Notes under the pieces: model-generated
What the model saw: only the letters and a program-made list of their open reading frames with translations
What the model was told of the DNA's origin: nothing
Databases searched by the model: none
Shown here: piece after piece, positions 40,453 to 52,054 of the stretch
Layout: each line of letters starts with the position of its first letter
Numbering within the stretch: position 1 is the stretch's first letter
Assembly (NCBI GenBank): GCA_963693365.1
Contig: CAVNZM010000001.1
Span: forward strand, 502,425-566,424
Source: Amoebidium appalachense
Lineage: Eukaryota > Protista > Ichthyosporea
DNA length: 64,000 nucleotides
Direction of reading: 5' to 3'
Position numbers and translations under genes: made by a program

Positions 40453-40524
40453 CTAACGTTAACACGTACTGACGTGTTGCCGTACGTGCGACGTTATACA
40501 TGTACGTCCCTTTTAAGTAATTAC

Positions 40525-40555
<31 letters not shown>

Positions 40556-40587
40556 AAGAAAGGAGACACCGCCTCAGTAGGAGGTAG
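40453..40587. mobile_element. 135-bp non-autonomous element, 9-bp TSD ACTCTGTTG
   Basis: TSD at 40444-40452 and 40588-40596. Termini are CTAAC...GGTAG. A second copy lies at 52189-52312. Confidence 0.85.
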
Positions 40588-40749
40588 ACTCTGTTGGTGA
40601 AAACATACTTGTTTCCTTTCACCTAAAATAAAGAAAACTACTTTGAACTTACTGGTACATAAACTTCACAAACTCACAACTATAAATACTTAGTCTTCAG
40701 AACATATTTCTTTACAGAAATATTTATCTAAATACACGTATTTACATTT

Positions 40750-40816
40750 CAGAGATGTGCTGATGAGCACTCGTCGACTACTCGCCGAGAAGCGAAACCG
40801 ATATTCATTATCTCTG
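40750..40816 (+). ncRNA. Degenerate type I (Penelope-style minimal) hammerhead ribozyme
   Basis: cagagatgtg-CTGATGA-stem II (gc..ctcg..cgag..gc)-GAAA-CCGATA-ttcattatctctg. Stem I pairs CAGAGAT/ATCTCTG. The cleavage triplet appears mutated (ATA for GTA). Confidence 0.55.
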
Positions 40817-40890
40817 CAAAACAATATAGTCACCAATTATAAGCTCAGGAAATATATAGGTATCAGCCAAAAAGAGGGGTGATAACATCG

Positions 40891-41118
40891 TATTCGTACT
40901 GAAAATCAAAATCAAGTGAGCTTTTACCCTTTTGTTCTACATGAGATTTCTGTTCTCATTGAGCTCACCTTAGGACACCTGCGTTATCGTTTAACAGATG
41001 TGCCGCCCCAGCCAAACTCCCCACCTGACAATGTCTTAAACTCGGATCGCACCGCGAAGGTGCTTAAAGCTAGAATGTGGGCTTTGACACCCAATTCCGC
41101 TTAATTTAATAAGTAAAA
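40891..41118 (-). rRNA. Isolated eukaryotic 28S (LSU) rRNA fragment (pseudogene)
   Basis: The minus strand reads gacattgtcaggtggggagtttggctggggcggcacatctgttaaacgataacgcaggtgtcctaag...agaacaaaagggtaaaagc..cttgattttgattttcagt, the conserved LSU domain V sequence. Confidence 0.95.
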
Positions 41119-42979
41119 ATAACATCGCTACAAACTCAGCCAGTCCGAAAAGCCATTATGCTGACGGGCGGTCGCTCCACAATATGCTAAATTGAAGCAT
41201 CTAACACCAACTAGAAGTGACAACGAAGTCTTATGTGCACAACACAGCACACCATGCACATTAGCGATCCTGCATGCATCTTTTACAGCCTGAAAGGTTA
41301 TGTTTTACACTATTATTGGTTCAGATGTTGTAGCCCTTCGGTCCGTCAGGGAATTCGATTTTCCGAAAAAGCGTTCCTGTGTCGTTCAACAGGGTCACGG
41401 TGGCACCGGCGCTGCAGCCTGTGCCAGGCAGCTGCAGGGCAAGCGCATGCGCAGCTGCAGCCGCTGACTGGGGCATATCAACTTTTGTTTTCTTGGTCAG
41501 GTACGCACAGCTGTTTGCGAACTCACACATCCAAGGCAGTACCGGGTATCATGCCATTGAATACACTTTCCGGCTCTGACAGCCTGGGTCAAGAAAAATG
41601 CATATGATTATGACAGACTGAGTCATGGGTGTGTGTGTGTGTGTGTGTGTGTACACATGCATGTGTGTGTGTGTGTGTGTGTGTGTGATGAGTGTGTGTG
41701 TGTGCGTGCACGTGTGTGCGTATGCGTGCCAGATATTTGTGTGTGTGTGCGTGTGCCACGGTGTACATGTGTGTGTGTGTGTGTGTGTGTGCGTGTGTGC
41801 GTGTGTGCGTGTGTGTGTACATGTGTGTGTGTGTGTTTGTGTGTCATGTATACGTGTCTATGACAGATAGAGAGTGTACACTATCTGTATGTGTCTGAAT
41901 GTGTGTAGTGTTTGTGTCTGTGTGCGCAGTATGTCATCATTGTGCTGATATACCCCAGTAATGCATTCTGTGTGCATCTAGTTGTGTGTGCACGGTATCA
42001 GTTAAACGTTTTCCGGTGTTGTTTCAAAATCTTCAGGCCCCTGTAGAGGCAGGCGCGCCCCCGCTATTGTAGGGGGCGCGCAGAACCATGCCATCGGAAC
42101 TTTCTAGTATCGATATCATACGTCACCCCGGACCTGGCGCCGGCTGTTCTTGCAAGCATCCATCCCACTGGCAAAGCCACGTGATGTCTAGGCTACAAAC
42201 ATTTCCCAGGTCACACTGCAAGGAAGACATCCGTAACTACTCCAGGGACAGAGCCCGCCCAAAACCCCATCACTCAAGCAGTACATGAGGGTTCTAAAGA
42301 GCAATACAGAACATGTAAGACTGCAAGTCTGCCGTAGTGGGCGCGGCGACAGGAGTTACGCCCAAAAGGAAAACAAGCAGCCAAACAAGGTTGCCTAGCT
42401 GTAACGGGGGATACAAAAGGAACCAACAGTCACTTCTGGTTGAGCCTGTTTGAACAACTACTGCCTCCTGCCTTTCTGGCCAGAGTACAGGCCAGGTGCA
42501 TGCCAACTCCCAAGGACGCTTTGGTGCATCAGCTACGTTGTCAGCCTCTTTAAGGTACAATGCTTTCTTTCTTTGAAGAGCTGTTATTGCCACGTTTATG
42601 AAATGGCTTAGGAAGTATACATGCTGTCTGTCAAAGACAAGCACAAAGCAAACACACACTGAAGTCCACGCAAACAGCAATATGCATACACTTGCACGCA
42701 CACACACACACACACACACACGGCCATCCACGACACACACACGCACGCACATAAACGCACACACACACGTGCGCGCTAGCACATCCACACGCACATGAAC
42801 ACACACGCGCGCATACCCACACCCACACACGCAGATACACACACCCACACCCACATGCACATGCAACACACACACGCACACATTCACACACACGCACACG
42901 CACGCACACAAACACACACAAGCACAAGCACACACCCACACATGCACGCACACGCGCATGCGCACGCACGCGCACGCAC

Positions 42980-43057
<78 letters not shown>

Positions 43058-43657
43058 TCACACACACGCACATGCACGCACGCAGACACACACAAGCACA
43101 AGCACACACACACATACGCACGTGCACGCGCACGCACACGCGCACGCACACGCACAGAAGACCTTTCCTTATTTTTTGCCTAAGGGTCTTCCTTCAGAAC
43201 TATTTTCTCCTTACTTCGTTGCTGAACTGGATTTTTTTTTGTTGGAACTGGGCCTTCTTCTTTTCACGTTTGCTTCTTTGCTTGTTTACTTTGTGCCGCC
43301 CCCCCTCCCCCCCCCCCTCCCCCCCCCCCCCCCGGGGGGACTCACTGTTCTTTTTTTTTTTTTGCCTGGTTGCTTCTAAGCTTCATTCCCTCCATACAAC
43401 CCCCCCCCCCCCCCCCCCCCGCCTCCCCCTTCCCCCACCTTTTCCCCACACACCTTCCCCCTCCTCTTTGGGCTCATTCACTTGTTGCTTTCTCGTTTCT
43501 TTGCTTCTTGCCTCATTGTTTCCACACAACCTGACGCCCCCTTCTCCCCCCCCCCTCCCTCTTATCTCTATCTTCCTCGTAGGCACTTGTTCATTCTTGG
43601 GTTCTTTGCTTCTTTGCTTCTCTGCCTCATTGTTTCCATATATCCCCCCCTCCCCAC

Positions 43658-43696
<39 letters not shown>

Positions 43697-43789
43697 GGAG
43701 ACTCACCCATTCGTTGCTTCTTTACTTCTTTTCTTCTTTGCTTTATTGCTTCTCCACTCCCCCTTCCCTCCCCCTCCCCCTTTTGACCG

Positions 43790-44327
43790 CATTGATGTCT
43801 TTGTAGATTTTCAGTTTACTCGCCACCACATAGATGTTTTAATCTCCCTTCATAATCCTCGCATTCTCTCCCACCTCTATTTAGAAGATTGTGATTTCGG
43901 TCTATATCCCAAGACCAGCCTTCAACTCAACCCTGCCCGTTCCTCCCCCTCTGTCCCCTACCTCGACTTGCATATCACCTGCACTAATCACGGCATTCAC
44001 ACAACCATCTACAACAAGCTCGACACACCCACATTCAATACACTAGACATCGTTCGTTTCCCACACCACGACTCATTCATCTCCCGCACTGCAAAATACG
44101 GCATCATGACAAGTCAAATGCATAGCTACCAGCGCAAGTGCTCCACACTTGCTGCATTCACCACATGCACTGCACGACTTGCTAAAGCATTGCTTAACAA
44201 AGGCTACTTGTTTAGACTCTTGCACCACAAAATGCACAGCTTTCTCGCCACACACCCGCACATATACGGTGGCGTTCACTCCTCTCACATACTCTCCATC
44301 ATCACTAGAAAGATCAACACTCCCTAG
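43790..44327 (+). pseudogene. Penelope-like element reverse transcriptase, C-terminal fragment (palm end + thumb), no C-terminal GIY-YIG
   Basis: FTRHHIDVLISLHNP (degenerate RYIDD), VPYLDLHI, TTIYNK, IVRFPHHDSFIS..KYGIMTSQMHSYQRKCS..F..LLNKGY match PLE RT motifs. The stop comes soon after the thumb. Confidence 0.8.
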
Positions 44328-44433
44328 TCCCCCACTCTATCCCGACCCCCCCCCCCCCCCTACCAGCCCCCTACACCTCCCCCCCCCCCCCCCCCCCCCT
44401 CTCCCTCCCTCTCTCTCTCCCTCTCTCTCTCCC

Positions 44434-44473
<40 letters not shown>

Positions 44474-44495
44474 CGCTCGCTCTCTCGCTCTCTCG

Positions 44496-44568
<73 letters not shown>

Positions 44569-44632
44569 CCCCCCCCCTCTCCCTCTTTCGTCTCTCTCTC
44601 GTTCTCTCCCTCCCTCTCTCTCTCTCTCCCTC

Positions 44633-44675
<43 letters not shown>

Positions 44676-44830
44676 TCCCCCGCTCCTTTTCCCAAACAAT
44701 TCCCCCGCCGTTCTTCTTTCTCAGCCGGCTAGGTTTTTGGGTTGCCTGGTAAGTTTTGAAATGGAGCTCTCGTCTCTGATCTGTCCACCACAGGTTTTTT
44801 TTTTATTTTTTATTTTTTTTATTCTTCTCC

Positions 44831-44867
<37 letters not shown>

Positions 44868-45167
44868 TTTCCCCCTCCCTCCCTCCCCTCCCTTCGCCCT
44901 TCGCCCTTCCCCGGCCTACTCCCCCCCCCCCTCTCCCCCCCCCCCTTCCCCTCCTACCTTCTTTCCCCCCCCCCCCCCCTGGCCAAACCCTGTATACACT
45001 CTTCTCTTCCGCAGGTCTCTAACCCACTCTGCAGAACGTTTTAAGCATTTTTCCCCTTGGAGAACTTGGTCGTTGGTTCGTTTTTGTCTGATATCTAACG
45101 ACTCTGCAGGGTTTTCTGAGACTACTGACACTCTAACATTCCCCCCCTCTCTTGCTTCCCCCCCCCC

Positions 45168-45217
<50 letters not shown>

Positions 45218-45219
45218 TT

Positions 45220-45350
45220 GGGCCCTCCCTGAGGATGGGCTCTGCTTATGACGCATACTGTGCGCATGGCTGATGTTGCATACTTGAATGTTTGCCTTTG
45301 CATGTGTCCTTCGTGTATGCGTACTTCGTACCGTGTTCCGCATTCAAACC
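45220..45350 (+). mobile_element. PLE pseudo-LTR 3' fragment (subfamily 2, copy C)
   Basis: gggccctccctgaggatgggctctgcttatgacgc...ccgcattcaaa + poly-C, matching the ends of copies D and E. Confidence 0.75.
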
Positions 45351-45563
45351 CCCCCCCCCCCCCCCCCTTTCCCTCCTCCTTCCCCTCCGATTTTCTCTGC
45401 ACACTCAACAGGTCTTAACCAGCTCTGCACATCGTTAGTCACAATCTTCTCTCATATATGAGAGAATGATCGTATTGGTACGATTTGTCTAATATCTGAC
45501 GATTCTGCAGCATCCCTAAGACCCCCCTCCCCCTCCCCTCCTCCCCCCCCCCCCCCCCCCCCC

Positions 45564-45608
<45 letters not shown>

Positions 45609-45854
45609 TTTTTTTTTTTTTTTTTGGCGCCTGTTGTTTTGCTTGTCATCTGTTGTTCTGGTTGATTACCTGTAATCTTCGCTTATCTATGTGTGTGTGT
45701 GTGTGTGTGTATGTTGTGCGCGGTTGCACACACCGGTGTCTACTTTTCTTCCTACTGTTTTTCTCTCTCCACACACTTCATCTGTCCACTTCTGCATACC
45801 CCCTCTCATAGCCATAGACACACTTCACACATTGCGTTACGCTCAAGCATGCAC

Positions 45855-46520
45855 ACACCGCTCTGTTGGCGACAGCTCCCTTGGAACCCATGCGGCATGT
45901 TACCCGCCGGCGTAACATAACTCCGACTATCGATTTGGCTTTTTTCAAGCCCAAAGCAATGGGTGATACCATATTTCCGGCTGACATCCGGGGGCATAGC
46001 TTTCCGTTCGAAGACGTTAAAGTTCCGCCCTAGTAAGCGTGTTACTACCCTGCGGGGTGGGTCAAATCTCATATTTTCCCCTCTGATTGCGAATTCTCCG
46101 GCCTTCAGGACTTAATTCTTTTCAGCTGGTGTAGTGTGTTAGCCAGGGAAGTATCGACTTAGGTAGCGACTGGGGAGCTTCCTAGATGCCCCGTCTCCTG
46201 AGTTCCTATCTATATTTTTCTTGCTTCTGCTTACTGCTGCAACTTTAAGCCCCGGCCTTTCCCACTGCCCTTGCCTGCATAAGCAACCCTGCTCGTCTCT
46301 GATCAAGACGGGTGACCTACCCATGTTCAAGTGAAACAGTATCTGAGTTGGGTTTCGTTAATGAGGTGAATAGGTCGAAATTCGGGTACTGTGGATGACG
46401 TGGCCCCCCCCTGAGCATGGGCTCTGCTTATTATGCATACTCTTTATGTATGGCTTGCATTCTGCATCGTGTTATCCGTTTGTTCTCGTGTACTTCGTAC
46501 TTTTTGACGCATTCAAACCC
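45855..46520 (+). mobile_element. PLE pseudo-LTR/3' repeat, subfamily 1 copy B
   Basis: Near-identical to 20250-20900 and ends gacgcattcaaa + C-run. Confidence 0.75.
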
Positions 46521-46762
46521 CCTCCCCCTTTTGTCTCCCCCGTAGGCCCGTAGGGACCTGTTTATACGTTGTTTGTTTGCTTGTTTGCTTCTTTGATTCT
46601 TTGCTTCTTTGCTTCTTTGCCTCTTTTCTTCCTTGCTTCCATATGTCTCTCTCTCTCTCTCTCTCTCCCCCCCCCCCCCCCCCCCCTCCCCCCCCCCCCC
46701 CCCCCCCCCCCACGGGGAATCATTGTTCTGTTGCTTTTTTGCTTCTATGCTTCGTTGCTTGC

Positions 46763-46802
<40 letters not shown>

Positions 46803-46983
46803 CTCCCCGGTACCCCAACACTCGGGGACTCATTCATTCTTTGTTTCTTTGCTTCTTTGCTTCCTTGCTTCTTTGGTTCTTCGCTTCCTTACTCCATTGC
46901 TTCTTTGCTTCTTTCCTTCTTTGCTTCTTTCCTTCTTTGCTTCGTTGGGGTTGGTTGCTTTTTTTTCATTGTTTCTAAATACC

Positions 46984-47017
<34 letters not shown>

Positions 47018-47951
47018 TTCTTCCCTTGTGGGACTTGTTCATTTGTTGCTTCTTTTTTTCTTTGCTTCTTTGCTTCTTCATTTCTGTGCCCCCCCCCCTC
47101 TCCCCCCCCCCCCCCCCCCCCCTCCCCCGCCCCATCCAGCCCACCCGGGGCTCAATCATTCGTTGCTTCTTTGCTTCTTTGCTTACATGCCCCCTCCCCC
47201 CCCCCCCCCCCCCCCCCCCCCCCAACACACACACACACACCTCTGTGAATCATCACATTCCTCCTTTGCTTCTTTGCCTCATTACTTCTTTGGATATTTG
47301 CTTCTTCGTTGTTTTTTGCTTCCAGTCAACCCCCCCCCCCCCCCCCCCCCCTCGCCCGATCCCTCTATACATTTGTTCGTTGCTTCTTTGCTTTTTTCTT
47401 CGTTGCATACATACAACCCTTCCCCCCCCCCCTGCCCCCACCGTTCTGGGACTGATTCATTCGTTTCTTCGCTGCTTCTTTGATTCGTTGCTTCTTTTCT
47501 TCTTTGCTTCTTTGCCTCTTTGCTTCCTTGCTTCCTTGCTTCCTTGCTTCCTTGCTTCCTTGTTTCGTTGCTTCTATAAACCCCCCCCCCCCCCCCCCCC
47601 TCCCCCCCCCCTTCCCTCCCCTCCCCCTCCCTCCCCTCCCCTCCCCCCACTCCCCCCCCCCCCCCTTCCCCCGCTTCTCCTTTCCCCGTAGGGACTTGTT
47701 CATTCGTTGCTTCTTTGCTTCTTTGCCCCCCTGTACTACCCCCCCCCCCCCCCCCCCCCCCCCCCGGGGGACTCACCCGTTCGTTGCTTCAATTCTTCTT
47801 TGCCTTTTTGCTTCTTGGCTTCCGTGCCCCCCCCCCCCCCCCCCCTCCCCCCCCCCCCCCCCCCGTTACCCCAACCCTCGGGGACTTCATTCTGTTTCTT
47901 CTTTGCTTCTTCGTTGGGGTGGGTTGCTTCTTTGTTTGATTGTTTCCGAAA

Positions 47952-47995
<44 letters not shown>

Positions 47996-48066
47996 ACCCA
48001 CCCTTTTTTTTTCTTTTGTGGAACTTGTTCATTTGTTGCTTCTTTGCTTCTTTGCTTCTTTATTTC

Positions 48067-48100
<34 letters not shown>

Positions 48101-48280
48101 ACCACCACCACACACACACACACACATACACATACACACGCACACCTCGGGGACTCATTGATTCGTTGCTTCTTTGCTTCTTTGCTTTGTTTGCTTCTTT
48201 GCTTCTTTGCCTCTTTGCTTCTTTGCTTCTTCGTTGGGTTGGGTTGCTTCTTTGTTTCATTGTTTCTGAAAATCTTCTCT

Positions 48281-48325
<45 letters not shown>

Positions 48326-48532
48326 ACACCACCACCACCCTTTTCTTTCTTTTGTGGGACTATTTCATTTGTTGCTTCTTTGCTTCTTTGCGTCTTTATT
48401 TCTGTCCTCCCCCCCCCCCCCCCCCCCCCCCCTCCCCACCTCCCCCCCCCCCAACCCCACCTCAGGAATCAATCATTCGTTGCCTCTTTGCTTCTTTGCT
48501 TACGTGCCTCCCCCCCCCCCCCCCCCCCCCAA

Positions 48533-49045
48533 ATGTTGTCTACTTGAATGTTTGCCTTTGCATGTGTCCTTCGTGTATGCGTACTTCGTACCGTGTTCCG
48601 CATTCAAACCCCCCCAGTCTTCTTTCAGAGGTGTCCTTTCAGGACAGACCGCTGTGTGGAGATCGCTTTACTTCCATGCAACCGGGCATGGTTGCTCTGT
48701 GTCGTGCATCTGTAAGCACATACGCATTTTTCGCTGCACTGCTTTAGTTTGCACACGCGTATTCACCGTTTTGCTCACCTTGCTTGCATAAGCAACTCTG
48801 CCCGTCTTTGATCAAGACGGGTTGACCCTCCCAAGTTCAGTTGATGCTGCTGTTTGAGTTGGAGAGTCGTATATACGCGGGCTAAGGGGTCGAAACTCAG
48901 ACGCAATTGATGACATGGGCCCTCCCTGAGGATGGGCTCTGCTTATGACGCATACTGTGCGCATGGCTATGTTGCATACTTGAATGTTTGCCTTTGCATG
49001 TGTCCTTCGTGTATGCGTACTTCTACCGTGTTCTGCATCCAACCC
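48533..49045 (+). mobile_element. PLE pseudo-LTR tandem (partial unit + full ~430-bp unit), subfamily 2 copy D
   Basis: A 3' end (..ccgcattcaaaccccccc) is joined head-to-tail to a full unit starting agtcttctttcagagg, a partial-tandem arrangement typical of PLEs. Confidence 0.75.
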
Positions 49046-49048
49046 CCC

Positions 49049-49085
<37 letters not shown>

Positions 49086-49283
49086 ACGCACACACACACA
49101 CTCACTCACACACCTCGGGGACTCATTGATTCGTTGTTTTATTGCTTTCTTGCTTCATTGCTTCATTGATTCCTTGCTTCTTTTCTTCTTTGCTTTCTTG
49201 CTTCTTTGCTTCTTTGCTTATTGCTTCTTTGCTTCTTTGGTTTTTTGCGTCTTTTTCGCTTCCACCACCCCCCCCCCCCCCCC

Positions 49284-49324
<41 letters not shown>

Positions 49325-49539
49325 TTTTTCCGGGGGCTCATTCATTCATTGGTCCTTTGCTTTTTGTATTGCTGCTTACGTGCCCCCCTCTGCCCCCCCC
49401 CCCTCCCCCCCCCCCCCCCCCCCCCCTCCCCTCCCCCCCTCTCCACACACATACACACATACATCTTGGGACTCAATGATACGTTTCTTTTTTGCTTCTT
49501 TGGTTCTTGGCTTCTTTGTATGTATCTTTTTGCTTCCAT

Positions 49540-49582
<43 letters not shown>

Positions 49583-49964
49583 TTCCCCCCGCCCCCTCCC
49601 CCCACCCCTCGGGACTCATTCATTCTATACTTCTTTGCTTCGTTGCTTCTTTGCTTCTTTGCTTCTTTGCTTTTTTGCTTCGTTGCATACATCCCCCCCC
49701 CCCCCCCCCCCCCCCCCCCTCTCCGGGGACACTCACTCATTTTCTTGCTTCTTTGCTTCTTTTCTTCTTTGCTTCTTTGCTTCTTTGCTTGTTTGTGTCT
49801 ATTTTGCTTCCATACCCCTACCCCCCCACACACACACCCCTTCCCCTCTCCCCTCACCTTCCTGCCCCCCTCTCACCAACCCTTGAGATTCATTCATTCT
49901 TTCCTTCGTTGCTTCTTCTTTGCTTCTTTGTTTCGTTGCATACTTCTCCCCCTCCATCCCCCTG

Positions 49965-50475
49965 CACCATTGCTTCTCATCGTGTATGCGTACTTCGTAC
50001 CGTGTTCCGCATTCAAACCCCCCCCAGTCTTCTTTCAGAGGTGTCCTTTCAGGACAGACCACTCTGTGGAGACCGCTTTACTTCCATGCACCCGGGCACG
50101 GTTGCTCTCTGTCGTGCATCTGTAAGCACATACGCATTTTTTGCTGCACTGCTTTAGTTTGCACACACATCTTCACCGTTTTGCTCACCTTGCTTGCATA
50201 AGCAACCCTGCTCGTCTTTGATCAAGACGGGTTGACCCTCCCAAATTCAGTTGATGCTGCTGTCTGAGTTGGAGAGTCGTATATACGCGGGCTAAGGGGT
50301 CGAAACTCGGACGCAATTGATGACTTGGGTTCTCCGTGAGGATGGGCTCTGCTTATGACGCATACGGTGCGCATGGCTGATGTTGCATACTTGAATGTTT
50401 GCCTTTGCATGTGTCCTGCACCATGCTTGTCATCGTGTATGCGTACTTCGTATCGTGTTCCGCATTCAAACCCCC
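49965..50475 (+). mobile_element. PLE pseudo-LTR tandem, subfamily 2 copy E
   Basis: Same partial + full unit arrangement as copy D, with high identity. Confidence 0.75.
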
Positions 50476-50579
50476 CCCCCCCCTCTTCCCCGTGTACACC
50501 CACTCATTCCTTGCTTATTTGCTACTTTCCTTCTTTGCTCCTTTCGTTCTTTGCTTCTTTGTATCTTTTTTGCTTCCAT

Positions 50580-50618
<39 letters not shown>

Positions 50619-50655
50619 CCCCCTTTGCTTCTTTGTATCTATTTTGCTTCCATAT

Positions 50656-50686
<31 letters not shown>

Positions 50687-50738
50687 TTCACCTTCCTCCC
50701 CCCTTTTACGGCTTTGCAACACACATACAAATGTGGTG

Positions 50739-50773
<35 letters not shown>

Positions 50774-50820
50774 ATGCACACACGCACGCACACGCCCACG
50801 CCCACGCCCACGCACGCACG

Positions 50821-50926
<106 letters not shown>

Positions 50927-51460
50927 CACACACACATGCTCACACACACACACACACACACTTGCTCACATGCACATGCAAACACACACACACACACACA
51001 CACACATGCTCTCACACACACTCACACACATACTCACACACACAACACACACACTGAAAGCTTCTTGGACATTTACAGCCATGGCTCACATGTGGGACTG
51101 TTTACGCGCGCAGTTTCCTGAATGCGTGCAAAGTGGTTTGGTTTGCTTTGTCTTGCTGTCATGGCTATCTCGCTGGCAGTTGCTTGTTGTTTTGTTTCTG
51201 TAGATCTAGCTGATGGTCATGTAGTGGATGACAATAACATAAAGGGGTCACGATGTCTTTCATCTGTACGTGTATGTGATGCATATGGGGGCCACACGTC
51301 GTGTTTCCGGATCGGCAAATAAAGTACAATAATCCGTGTGTGTGTACAGTCACCTCTCGTTATAGTCCCTCCCTCCCCCTCCCCCCCCCCCCCCCCCCCC
51401 CCCCCCCTTCCCCCACCCACCCAAACACACACACCGCATGTGACCACCCCTGCACACAAC

Positions 51461-51518
<58 letters not shown>

Positions 51519-51587
51519 CACCCCTGCACACAACCTCATATATATATGTATATACATATATATATATGGACTTCGTCCTCTCCAAAA

Positions 51588-51618
<31 letters not shown>

Positions 51619-51629
51619 GCCTTTTCAAA

Positions 51630-51715
51630 CCACCCCCACACACACATACCCACCACCACCACCACACCTGCGCCTTTCCCCAACAACCACATCGCTCGCG
51701 CGCGCACACACACGT

Positions 51716-51751
<36 letters not shown>

Positions 51752-51799
51752 GCGCCTTTCCCCAACAACCACATCGCTCGCGCGCGCACACACACACGT

Positions 51800-51831
<32 letters not shown>

Positions 51832-52012
51832 GTGCGCGCGCGCACACACACACACGCACATTCTAACTATAACCTCATTTTAGTAATTAATGTTGCTGCT
51901 CTCTTTGCATAATTCATAGCACGCCATCTTCGCAACATCACCTCATGTTTTCGTTGCCCCCCTCCCCCCACCCCCCCCCCCCTCCTCCCCCCTTCGTGAC
52001 CTTCACACACAA

Positions 52013-52054
<42 letters not shown>

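Larger units (their letters stand above)
43240..50700 (+). repeat. Array of degenerate units: poly-C + GGGACTCATTCATTCG + (TTGCTTCT)n, interleaved with PLE sequences
   Basis: Dozens of ~70-120 bp units at 43240-43760 and 46520-50700, all with the same strand polarity. Confidence 0.8.

Noticed and set aside
40891-41118. Functional rDNA unit
   Set aside because: Only ~230 bp of LSU is present, and the flanks are unrelated to rDNA.
42052-42080. Perfect GC hairpin GCGCGCCCCC/GGGGGCGCGC as a Helitron 3' end or terminator
   Set aside because: No CTRR at the usual ~10-12 nt spacing, no U-tract, and no Rep/helicase nearby.
42100-42625. Possible minus-strand exon(s) (HVYFLSHFINVAIT...)
   Set aside because: No recognisable motif, and no consistent multi-exon model could be built.
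46520-50700. Repeat-spacer-like pattern resembling a CRISPR array
   Set aside because: The units are degenerate and low-complexity with no unique spacers, no cas genes are present, and the context is eukaryotic.
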